A stretch of DNA of 63,730 nucleotides, counting the filler, from Rozella allomycis CSF55 (taxonomy: Eukaryota), in NCBI GenBank assembly GCA_000442015.1. It is 10 parts of 10 records of this genome, joined end to end, with 100 filler letters (N's around TTAATTAATTAA, not from the genome) between each part and the next. Parts side by side here need not be neighbours in the genome. Positions count along the whole stretch, not along the records: positions 12,147 to 35,318 come from KE560831.1; positions 35,419 to 46,572 come from KE560833.1; 8 more parts are not named here. One strand, given 5' to 3'. This document shows positions 27,049 to 37,938 of this stretch, piece after piece. Below the pieces are notes generated by a model, which saw only the letters and a program-made list of their open reading frames with translations, had not been told where the DNA came from and did not search any database. The position numbers and the translations under genes were made by a program. How positions within the stretch are numbered: the stretch's first letter is position 1; every line of letters starts with the position of its first letter.

Positions 27049-27951
27049 ATGTCAAAAATACCAAACCAAGTAATATTTAAGATACAAAGATAATAGAAAA
27101 AAGTGATGATAGATAAAATCGATGACTTGCAAAAGCAACTACAAGAGTTAAAAGAAATGTGGTCATCGTTAGAAAACGAATCAACATCTAACCAAAACAT
27201 GGCAAATAATAACTTGGAAGGATACAATAAGGTTGTTTACTCTGGTAGAGGGAATTCATTACATCCAGTGCGAGATTCCGGTGTGTCACCTTCATTGCCA
27301 CCACTGTCAATGCAAAATAGTTTTTCACAAATAGCTCACAATATCTCGCATGCGATGCATCAAGCTTATCCAACACTTGTGGAGGGAAAGGAGGAGAGTG
27401 TCCTAAAGGCTATTGAATCAGTTTTAGATGTTGGAAAGGAAAGTATTTTGAACAAGATCGAATGCGTATTACGGGAAGAAAATTTTGAGCACAATAGGGG
27501 CAAAGTTTTAGCAGATTTAGAGCCCCTTTCAGAATTAGTGGATGAACATGCTAGTATGCGCGAAGAAAAACGAGACAAAGTAGCGTCTATAAAAGATCTT
27601 TTATCTTCGCCCCATGATCCTACGTTCAATAATAATTTTACCAACACATCCTTAAAATCGATGGTTGAAAGCTTCCTTTGTGAAAACCCGGCACCGCTGC
27701 CTCCCAAAGAAAGTGGATCCACCTTTATGGATATTGGAAAGGAAACGCGTGAAGAAGAGCCTACATTTCCAATTTTAAACAATTTGCCAACGCTACCTCG
27801 TGTTCAAGTACCAGAACTTGATAGGACTTTTGAAGAATCCACCATTTTTAACAAGGAAAATTATGAATCTCCGACATTGGCATATGATCAATTTTCTGTC
27901 GCATCACTTGAGTATCTTAAAAAATATGAACTGCTAAATCGTCGGAATTAA
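27049..27951 (+). CDS. Hypothetical protein with N-terminal coiled coil and C-terminal SVASLEYLKKYELL motif (possible STIL/SAS-5-like)
   Basis: 282-aa ORF plus a probable short first exon (27-nt intron); the family call is weak. Confidence 0.6.
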
Positions 27952-28099
27952 GCCATATATATTAATAAAATCTTGCAATACTAAAATAATTGTATGTATT
28001 AATTTTTATTTAATTTTCATAGTTCATAATTCTTTGTTTTAACTATTTTTGAAAATGTAAAATCATTATTTTCTGGGTGGCTAAGTCTGAACTAAAAAA

Positions 28100-30002
28100 A
28101 TGGGAAACTACAAAAAAGAGAAAAGCAGGAGAGCAAGAGAAACAGATTCAAGCAAGAACAGTGTAAAAATCCATACTAAAGGAGTTAATTTCTACCATGA
28201 TGAAAAGGAGGTTGCACTTCGTAAGATGCGTACGGGAGGTCAAGCGATTCGAGACCGGAATGGGAAAATATTGAAAGCTGCTGCATATCAAACAAGGAAG
28301 GGACATAATGAGGTAGCGCGAGTTGAGCCAAATAGAAAATGGTTTGGAAACACGCATGTGAGCACACAGGAACAGTTGGATCTATTTAGAAAGACTATGG
28401 AAGAAAAGGTGAATGACCCATTTAGTATTTTATTGAAAACGAGCAAATTGCCGTTAAGTTTGATTACTGATTCAAAGAAACAAGGCAGGATGCATTTGTT
28501 GGAAACAGAGTCTTTTTCACAAGTGTTTGGACCCAAGGCGCCAAGAAGAAAGCCAAAAATGAAGGTTGCCTCTATGGATGAGCTTGCAAACAAAGCCACG
28601 GAATTGGAAGAAAACTATCAAATTGAGAAAGATAGTGGATTAAAAGGAGAAGAAGAATTTTCAACATTGGTGAGTGAACCAATTTTTCAAAAGGGGCAAT
28701 CTAAAAGAATTTGGAATGAACTTTACAAAGTAAACCATTTAAAGTTGAATGAAGAGGTTGTGGATTCTTCAGATGTGATTATTCATGTGTTGGATGCACG
28801 TGATCCCATTGGAACGAGATGTTTGGCTGTTGAAAAATATATTCAAAAAGAAGCTCCACATAAACATTTATTGTTTGTGTTGAATAAATGTGATCTAGTT
28901 CCTACATGGGTGACTGTAAGATAACCATTTGAGTTTAAAAAGGCTGCTTGGGTGAAAACATTGTCAAAAGAATATCCAACTATAGCGTTCCATGCGAGCA
29001 TTAATAATTCCTTTGGAAAGGGTGCGTTGATTCAATTGTTGAGACAGTACAGTCGCCATCATTCTGATAAGAAGCAAATTTCAGTTGGATTTATTGGTTA
29101 TCCAAATACAGGAAAAGTAATTCAATTTATTTAAAGTTTTCTAGTCTTCTATTATTAACACTTTGAGAGCTAAGAGTGTTTGTTCTGTTGCTCCAATCCC
29201 TGGTGAAACTAAAGTTTGGCAATACATCACTTTAATGAAAAGAATTTATCTTATTGATTGTCCAGGAATTGTTCCTCCTTCCTCTGATCAATCAGAAACT
29301 GACATTGTTTTAAAAGGAGTCGTTCGTGTTGAAAATGTTCAAATGCCAGAAGATCACATCCCTGCATTGCTAGAAAGAGTTAAACCAGTCTACCTTCAAA
29401 GAACATACGGCATTCATTCTTGGGTTGACCACATCGACTTTTTGTCTCAAGTCGCCAAGAAAACTGGAAAACTTTTAAAGGGTGGTGAGCCTGATCTTGG
29501 AACCGTCTCAAAAATGATTCTAAACGATTGGCTTAGAGGGAAAATTCCTTTCTTTGTCGCTCCACCTACCCCTGAAAATACTGAAAATGTTCAAGGCGAA
29601 AATGATCCTAAAAATGAAAATTACATTGATCAAAAGTTTAAAAATATTCCAGTCTCTACTGACTTTATTCAAGAAGATGTCATGGAACTTGAAGAATCTA
29701 ACATTGGAAATGATCTAGTCCAAGATGAAGTAAAAGAAGATTGCGATTGGGATGAAATTTATAAAGACGTCGAAGGAGAAGTTGTTGATGAACCCGAAAT
29801 TTCAGAAGATGCTCAACCTGCAAAGAAACAAAAGTTGGAAAAGTCTACCAAGAGAAAATTAGACGAATCAATCGATGATGATGAATCCAAAATTAAAAAG
29901 CCAAAAAGAATGACTACAAATAAAATGAAAGTTGGCTTCAACTTTTACGACTCTGCAAACGTCAAGAATAGAAATAGGAATAAATCAAAACCAAAGAAAT
30001 AA
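28100..30002 (+). CDS. NOG2: Nucleolar GTP-binding protein 2 (Nog2/GNL2), multi-exon
   Basis: [60 protein letters not shown]. Confidence 0.96.
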
Positions 30003-30028
30003 ATCCTCATTTTCTCCATTTTTATTTC

Positions 30029-30741
30029 TCATGCTTTACTACTATAACCTTCTTCACATGAATCACACGACCAGTCCATCTCCTGTGTAACTTTATTTAC
30101 GTTTCTTATGCACTTAAAATGGTACCGATCTCCACATTGTGAACACTGGCTCGTGAGATATATTAATCGTTCCAACTCGTGACAACTCTTGCAAACTGTA
30201 GTGACTCTTTCTTGTATCAATTTAGGCCTTTTCGCTGCACGGTGGAATTCTATCTGTTCGGCTGCATTCTGAAGAAGCTACTCTAAATTAAAAATATATA
30301 TTACCTCCAGTGATCCCTTTGTTTGATCTATAAGAAATGATGGTATTGGTTTAGGCAAAGGTCGGTATGCTAACTTGGGTGGTGGGTATGCTAGGCAATT
30401 GGGTAGTGTTTTCTTATCTAATGCAACCGATAGAGACTTTGTCTTGGCTTGAGAACTATGATCACCATTTGCTTTAATATCCTTTATAAAACGAATGGCA
30501 TTTTCAATCGTAGAAACCAAAGAAAGATCATTTGAATTTCCCGTCGGTGAAAGTAGTTTCTCAAGCTCTGCTATTTTCTCTTTTAAGAGATCTGACACTA
30601 CAGGAATTCTCTCATCTACTTTCATTAGCCTAGTATGTGGCGAAGTTTTACTGTACCGAAAATACTGTGCCACATGGTGTACTAATCCTCAGTTCAAGAA
30701 ATTCCTCTTTAATTAATTAAAATTGACTCACTTATGTCCAT
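30029..30741 (-). CDS. PHD-finger protein, multi-exon
   Basis: C-terminal CKSC...CSQC...YHFKC...WSCDSC (C4HC3). Confidence 0.7.
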
Positions 30742-30812
30742 CTATTAATATATCATTAGCAATTCACTACAAGAGCTTTAATTTACATCCCCATTTAAGA
30801 AATTTTGGAAAC

Positions 30813-31313
30813 ATGTCAACATATTCAGATTTCTATTTAAGATACTAGTAACCATATTTTCGATTTATAAAAGTGTTGGGCACAAGGGGAAATTTGGTCA
30901 TGAATTTTTAGAGTTCGAGTTTCGTCCAGACGGAAAACTGCGTTACGCTAACATGTCAAACTACAAAAAGGACACTATGATCCGTAAAGAGTGCTTTGTT
31001 GCTCCTAGCGTTATATCAGAACTTCGCCGCATTATTGAAGAATGTGAAATTACTAAAGAAGATGATAGTCAATGGCCGCAACCAGACCGTGTTGGTAAAC
31101 AGGAACTTGAAATCATTATGGGTGACGAACATATTTGTTTCACTGTAAACTAAATCATTTTATTTACCTCAGACGTCTAAAATCGGGAGTTTACTGGATG
31201 TTCAAAATAGCAAAGACCCTGAAGGACTCAAAGTGTTTTATTACCTCGTTCAAGATCTAAAGGCATTTGTAATCTCATTGATATCAATGCACTTCAAAAT
31301 TAAACCAATTTGA
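30813..31313 (+). CDS. MAGOH: Mago nashi (exon junction complex)
   Basis: [33 protein letters not shown]...FYYLVQDLK...HFKIKPI; two short introns. Confidence 0.97.
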
Positions 31314-31365
31314 ATAAACATTACTATTTAAGGGAACACAAATTCTAAATAGATCAAACAGGAGA

Positions 31366-32115
31366 ATGCTCTTTTTTCTTTTATCTACACATTATTTACT
31401 CTACTTTATACAGTCAACATCATTAATATGTACTAATTTCAATCAAAATACTGGTCAATGTGAAGGATATCCTCGTGGCTACATAGAATACCTACTTTCC
31501 CCAAACCTCCCATCGTACAAACCTATAGACGGCAAAATTTGTAAGCCGAAATCGCAAGATGGTCTTAAACGTATTAGAGATTACTATCCATCCAGCGTTA
31601 TCAAGTCGGCTATATCGAAGGCGGGAGGTGTTTTGACAATGTCTTATTTGGTTAGTAGTTCGCCTGATTTTAGTCCAAAGATGCGTTTAGATTGCATCAG
31701 TCAAGAATGTAAGGGTCCTATAGAAATCGACATGAAAATGGGTGATTGTCTTAACCGGTCCGATGGGTTCTTACTTTGTTTCTTCAACATATCAGTTCCA
31801 CGAGTACCTCATTCTAAATTTGTCTCATTTTCGTGGTCAATGAATGGATATACTACATGCTTTGATGTCGCTGTCATCAAATCAGAACTCCCTTTTGAAT
31901 TCAAGGTTGAACCATTAAGTATTACAAAGAGTGTAGCCCTTTATAGAATTTTGCATCTCATAAATCCAGCTCAGTTTATGCCTATCGGAATAATTACAAT
32001 TTATGGTTTGACTTGCCTGGCAGTTATAGCGACCTTATCATACCACTTTTTGTCAACGCAGTGGCATTTAAAGTCTATTTACAGAGATTATAAAGAACAG
32101 AGAAGTAAAATATGA
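31366..32115 (+). CDS. Cys-rich predicted secreted protein with C-terminal TM helix
   Basis: Hydrophobic N-terminus, CEGYPRGY, FSWSMNGYTTCFDV and a C-terminal hydrophobic helix. Confidence 0.65.
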   Translation: MLFFLLSTHYLLYFIQSTSLICTNFNQNTGQCEGYPRGYIEYLLSPNLPSYKPIDGKICKPKSQDGLKRIRDYYPSSVIKSAISKAGGVLTMSYLVSSSPDFSPKMRLDCISQECKGPIEIDMKMGDCLNRSDGFLLCFFNISVPRVPHSKFVSFSWSMNGYTTCFDVAVIKSELPFEFKVEPLSITKSVALYRILHLINPAQFMPIGIITIYGLTCLAVIATLSYHFLSTQWHLKSIYRDYKEQRSKI

Positions 32116-32185
32116 TTGTATTACATCAGGGTTGCAATTTCGTTTAATAAATTTTTAGGTGTGTTAGTAATTAGTAAATATCAGA

Positions 32186-32874
32186 ATGGGTGCAAGTCAT
32201 AGTAAACTCTCCAACGAGCAAATTCATGAATTTCAAAGACAAACAAAATGTACCGACAAATAAAGGTCTAAAATTAGTTGATTCTAAGGAACTCGGAAAT
32301 TGGTATAAGGCGTTTTTACAAGATGCCCCAAATGGATATTTGTCAAAAACAGATTTATACATGGTATATCAGCAGTTCTTTCCTTTTTCTGACGCTATTC
32401 CTTTTGCCGATCATGTGTTTCGATTATTAGATGTAAATCGCAATGGACGAATTGAATATGTAGAATTCATAAAAGCATTAAGCACAGTAAATCTGAAAAC
32501 CAAGATTTTATAAAAAGTTATCCAGAGGCACATTAGATGAAAAGATAGAAATGTCCTTTCGGCTGTATGATGTTGATGGTGATGGCTATGTTTCAAAAGA
32601 TGATATGCGCATGATAATTGACGCAGTGCATAAAATGGTACTTTGGTTTGATTTTGAGTAACTTTCAGGTTTCAGATATTATCCGTAACTCTCAAAGGGA
32701 TGAAACGGTGAGCGGAAGAATTACCAGATTGTTTACCGAAATGGATAAAGTAAATGTTACTCAAAGAAATATTAGGACGGGGATAATAAGTTGTCTTACG
32801 ACGAATTTAAGACAGGAGCGAGAGAAGATCCTTCAATTTTGCAAGCCATTTCCATATACGACGGGCTACTTTAA
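32186..32874 (+). CDS. FRQ1: Neuronal calcium sensor / frequenin EF-hand protein, multi-exon
   Basis: MGASHSKL myristoylation start, WYKAFLQDAPNG, YQQFFPF, DVNRNGRIEY, YDVDGDGYV; ends IYDGLL. Confidence 0.9.
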
Positions 32875-32914
32875 CAGGCATACCAACAGGCAAATAAACA
32901 CAAATACATATCAT

Positions 32915-33827
32915 TTATTGAATTCCGTGATGAGTTTTAACAATCAACACTGAGCAGGTAGCATGACGAACAACATAATCATTTACATTCGGCGCAAGTG
33001 CTCTATATATGCATTAGAATTCAATTTACCGGATAAAAGACCCAGCTGGTTTGGAGCCTACAATTAACAGTTCTGCCCCAAATTTTCGACAGCTCTCCAC
33101 AAGTACTTCGCCAATACTATTATTCGAGATTAACAATTTTGCGTTGTCAAAAATCTATTATGATATTAACATTCAAATACTCCGTTGACTTTAAGCTGCT
33201 CACAAACACTATTAAATGATTTGAAGAATGATTGCACATCTCCGCCAGCACATGCCTTGAAATCAACCAGAGATTCTTGATTTATTTTAGTTTCACCAGA
33301 TTCAATTGAATGCACTAAAAGAAGATTGTCATATGAATGGATGAAATTGTTTTTTATGCACCACTGGAGAGCCTTCAATGACGATTCATCGTTATCGATG
33401 GCCATAATTAAGGACCTTGCATTTTGTGGTTTCAAATGTTTAGGGGTCTTAATTTGAGATGGTATATTTGTTTGAACTTCAGCCCTATATTTAAAATTTC
33501 TTTTCCACGTTACATTTCTCCAGACTCCCATGGACGTTCTACCTGAACAGGAACCCTAGGAATAAATTCTTCTGGTTTGTATGGGACATTTGTAGGACTA
33601 ATGTTTTCAGATTCAACGTTTTCTGCTGAACTAAGAACATCGACAACGGTACCGTACTTAAAGCCAGACATGTGAACTTCTTCACCCCAGGAAATTTCTT
33701 CTCCGCGTTTGGCCAATGATTCTGAAGATACCTCGCTTCTTATACTTGAAGATGTTAGTCCCAGAGAATGCTTGAGACCAGATTGTTTGGACACAAATTC
33801 ATCAAGTTTTGAATGTACTTGTTCCAT
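32915..33827 (-). CDS. Universal stress protein (USP) domain protein, multi-exon
   Basis: IMAIDNDESSLKALQW, LLLVH, ELLIVGS, C-terminal PCSVLIVK. Confidence 0.8.
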
Positions 33828-34145
33828 GATTACGGTTAATGATTGCTGAAAGTTTATAATTTCGAATTCATCTTATCAATCAATCAAAATTAAAGTTCTT
33901 TGGATGGGGATGTAATTTAAGGTTATGATCACCAGGCGATTTTAAAGATGCGCATTTTCGCATCGAAAATTGATTATTGGCTAATATCATTTAGAATTAG
34001 ATCGATAAATGAAAGTTGAAGCGGCGAAATTTTCAATCAACTAAGGTAACTGTCAAGAAGAAGGAAGTAGAAAATTATAAGAATTCAAATTAGTTTATCA
34101 GAAGTAGTTTTATGCTAACAAATCGTAACTGACAAGTTTTTGTTA

Positions 34146-34718
34146 TTAATTAGACTTATTGATTTCACTAGCCTCGTGATTTTCATGCGGATGGATACCA
34201 GTACCTTCAGGAATCGATTCATGATCATTTTCTCTTGACTCCATCAATTCATCTACGTCATCGTTATCATCATCAGGTTTGAGGCCTTCAGGATTTGATT
34301 CATGATCATTTTCACTCGGCTCCTTAAAATCCTCACCTTTGTGAATTTCTTTCGTGTCATTCGTTTTTATTTTCTTTTGAACCACGTATAATTCTGGTAT
34401 TGTTTCAGGCAAGACATCATTGAGAAACTCGAACCTTTCCACGTTGCGAGATAATTTTACGAGATCTTTGTAAAAAATCGTTTTCCGTTTTTCTGACTGG
34501 GCTATGGTACTGGCTTGAGTTGCAAAGTTTTTTATGAATAATTCTGAAGCAACACTGATTGCAAGAACGGCGTCTTGGCTAACCACCGACTGATCAGAAA
34601 CCGCTTTGATAAGTCTTTTCATTCGAGCTATTGGAAATACAGTTATTTTTGATGAAGGATTAGAAGGTTTCTCTGTATTCTGAGTGTCTTGGATCTGAGT
34701 ATCATCCATTTGTGTCAT
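34146..34718 (-). CDS. Histone-fold protein (NF-YC/Dpb3/CHRAC1/POLE4-like) with acidic tail
   Basis: FPIARMKRLIK..SQDAVLAISVASELFI..KRKTIFYKDL..FEFLNDVLP. Confidence 0.85.
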   Translation of the reverse strand: MTQMDDTQIQDTQNTEKPSNPSSKITVFPIARMKRLIKAVSDQSVVSQDAVLAISVASELFIKNFATQASTIAQSEKRKTIFYKDLVKLSRNVERFEFLNDVLPETIPELYVVQKKIKTNDTKEIHKGEDFKEPSENDHESNPEGLKPDDDNDDVDELMESRENDHESIPEGTGIHPHENHEASEINKSN

Positions 34719-35044
34719 TTTAGAAATTTTACAAATTTAAAACTTTGCTTTAGACGACGGAAATGCTACTAAAGCTGATTCATGAGTACTAGCTGCAATT
34801 GCTGGAATGAAACCCTTAAAACGGTCTCAGATACCAAGGGCGACTGAACAAAATATCAAAGATTTAGCGCCTTTATGCATAATGGCTTAAAAATTAAAAT
34901 GACAAAATTTTATCAAAATATCGTAAATACTTTAATAAAACTTCTTATGTTATTTGTTAAACAATTTCAGACATCAGAGTAAAATCGATGTTTGAGTATT
35001 ATTACCCTGGTAATCAATTTTAGGCGCCAAAACCGAAATCAGAA

Positions 35045-35318
35045 ATGCAAGAATCTAGTCCACGCCGTTCTAGCCGACTTCACGAAAGATTTTTAAAGGG
35101 ATCACCAGATATAATAAATGCTGATCTACGGCCGCGAGATTCATTGAGGGTGTCACTTGTTCGCAAGAGAGTTGATTCAGGCGTTAATCCCTTTGCTGCT
35201 AGTAATGAGGGAGAAAAGGAAAATAATACCAGAAATAATGTGAGTGGTAAGAATGATATTTGGGAGAGAAAAGAAATGAATATGATGTATTTTAATCCAG
35301 AACCAGAAGAACTTGTCA
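35045..35318 (+). CDS. Hypothetical protein, 5' fragment truncated by gap
   Basis: Open ORF from ATG into the gap; contains a KEN motif and SPRRS; no family assigned. Confidence 0.4.
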
Positions 35319-35670
35319 NNNNNNNNNNNNNNNNNNNNNNNNNNNNNNNNNNNNNNNNNNNNTTAATTAATTAANNNNNNNNNNNNNNNNNNNNNNNNNN
35401 NNNNNNNNNNNNNNNNNNCGTGACATACAGAAATTCTGACATTCTTCATCACATTCACACAAAGCCTAATATTAGTTATGTATGGGCAGGCGATCCAAGT
35501 TTCATAATATGGATATCTAATGTTGTAAAGTCTCGTCCATAACAGAAATAGAATAAGCCGGCCCAGTTAAGATATCATTGGCGCCATATAGAAAAATAGA
35601 TATATCTTTTTTCTGGAAATTTCCAAATCCATGGTATTTGAAGGTTTCATGGACACACGTGGCTTGGAAA

Positions 35671-36771
35671 ATGAAAATTTTTGCTATCCTCGCTGGAGCA
35701 TCTTTAATTATTGCTAGTTCTCCAAACCAAACTCCATACTCTGACTTTGGATCTGATAGCATATCACCTTTACAACTTGACAGTGTTTCAACTCCTCCTC
35801 AAGAAGAGTTCGTTCCAAGCGCAGGTCCTTCCGTTTCCTTACCAGTTCCTCCATCAGTTGAACAAGCTGGTCCAGCTATTCATCTTGAAGAAGACCAATA
35901 TCAAAGTCAACAAAGACCTAGAATTCGCGCTAGAAGACGTATGGCAAGGGATCTTTCTCCTATTGACACCTCGGTAATACCTGAAAGAGCAAGAAGGATG
36001 TTTTCTTCATCTTCTGCTAGTCAACAAGTTCAACCAAATCAAACGATGTCTGAGCCAATGGAATTTACTCTTCCTCAAGCTGGACCAAGCACTTTTCATT
36101 CAACGACTGCAACATATTTTGACTTACCAATGGCAAGCTCATCATCAAGCCAACAACAAGCACCGGAACAGCCATTGCCAAGCTCAGAATATAATCCAAC
36201 CGAATCTCCTCTTGTTTGCCCAGGTGCACCCATGATTAGAAACCGTCGCAATAATCGTAGATCATACTATGATGACGAGTATTATAGAGCTATGTGCAGT
36301 GCCGTTGCTTCTAGCAGTTTAAATTTCCGTGATCAACGCGACTCTCGCACATTACCAAGTCCAACTATGGATGCACAGATGCCCCCTCCACCTCCTCCAG
36401 TTCCTACTGAAAGAGATATTTCAAGAGTTCATAATCGTTTCCAAAGTTATCAATTTATGCGTGATTCGGGTTTAGTCGGACTTGGAATTTCCATGCCATC
36501 ATCATCAACAAACCCGCCGCCCCCAATGCCATTGCCAATGGGTCCACCATCATCAAACGCTCCAATAGAGTCTGAAGATATTCCATTTGTTCCTTTTAGA
36601 CTTGATTTGCAACCTCGCCAAGGACAAGCTTCTTCTTCTGCAAATGCACCACCTAGACCGGAAACTCCTAATTTCAACGTTATTCTTTCCATTACTAATC
36701 CAGTTGAGAATGTAGAAGAGGATGAAGACATGGATGTCGAATATGATTACGAAGACGCTGAAGATTACTAA
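35671..36771 (+). CDS. Predicted secreted, intrinsically disordered Ser/Pro/Gln-rich protein
   Basis: Intronless ORF starting MKIFAILAGASLIIAS, with a low-complexity body and acidic C-terminus. Confidence 0.7.
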   Translation: MKIFAILAGASLIIASSPNQTPYSDFGSDSISPLQLDSVSTPPQEEFVPSAGPSVSLPVPPSVEQAGPAIHLEEDQYQSQQRPRIRARRRMARDLSPIDTSVIPERARRMFSSSSASQQVQPNQTMSEPMEFTLPQAGPSTFHSTTATYFDLPMASSSSSQQQAPEQPLPSSEYNPTESPLVCPGAPMIRNRRNNRRSYYDDEYYRAMCSAVASSSLNFRDQRDSRTLPSPTMDAQMPPPPPPVPTERDISRVHNRFQSYQFMRDSGLVGLGISMPSSSTNPPPPMPLPMGPPSSNAPIESEDIPFVPFRLDLQPRQGQASSSANAPPRPETPNFNVILSITNPVENVEEDEDMDVEYDYEDAEDY

Positions 36772-36847
36772 ATAAATAGCATTAACTTTTCGATTTTCCG
36801 TTCCCTACTCTCTAAGCCACACAAATTAAACTCAGACAGTGTGACAA

Positions 36848-37734
36848 ATGACAATTCAATGCAACAAATACATCCCAGACAATTGTTGGGCACTAAAACC
36901 TGTTGAATCCGACTTTCAGAAACTGGAGACTGTGAAAACAACTGTCAAGAACCTCTCAAAATCACAATCAGTGTGGTGTCAAAGACCAATAACATCCTCA
37001 CCTAACCCAATCCTCAACGACTTTAACCCCCATCCTGATTCATTTAAAATCACGAATCCATTCCATTTCCCCCAATTAGTCGATCTCCAACAAATCATCC
37101 TCAAAATCCTGAATCTCCCCTGGGAGGCCACGAGCAGCGACCTGATCGATTTTTTCGACGGCTACAATGTTCTCGACATCCATATCCCGATCGACAAGAA
37201 AACCGGCAAATCACTTACGGAATCATTCGTAATCCTGCAATGCACATCACACATGAGAAGAGACATGATTTCGCACCAGATGGAGCTGCGGCAGGGTAAT
37301 ATAATTAAAGAACGGAATATATTTTTCAAACTGTGTTCAATTAGTGATGTGTTTAATGTGTTCTTTCCGCTGTCTAGCTGCACGCGGTATATTGGCAGGG
37401 AGGATGTGCACCAGATTCTGACTGTTTGCAAGCACTACAAGGTAAATGAGTGGAAGGCGTTGAATAGATTTACTTTTCGCGGAAATGCGCTGACCGCCCT
37501 TTTAGGCATATATTGTCCATGCTGAAATTGGTGCCGATCCAGAGACTGGATTGGAGGGAACGGTATTATTGCTTTGAGATGGTGAGGATTGGGTTGCAGA
37601 TACTGAAAGCGCATGTTTCTAAGCAGGCTTCTACGTTGGATAGTGGGTTGATTGATGAATATTGTGATACTGTTGTTGGACTTGGATATTTTAGTCAGGA
37701 AAGAGTTGATGAAATTTGTAGGATAAAGGTATGA
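36848..37734 (+). CDS. RRM-domain (qRRM-like) protein
   Basis: ILKILNLPWEATSSDLIDFF..IHIPIDKKTGKSLTESFV; one short intron near 37442. Confidence 0.7.
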
Positions 37735-37938
37735 CAATTTGGTGTGTTTTAACCAGACTAGTGATGACATAACGATTGACCAATTTCCCAATTGAAGAAC
37801 AAATTTCGGCATTTATAACTTAATAAACCTTTAGCTCCTTTAAAATTTAATGATAGAAAACTATTTAGAATATATAATATTAAAATACTAGTTAAAAATC
37901 ATTTAAAACAAATTTCTGAATCTCTAATCTGTAATTGA

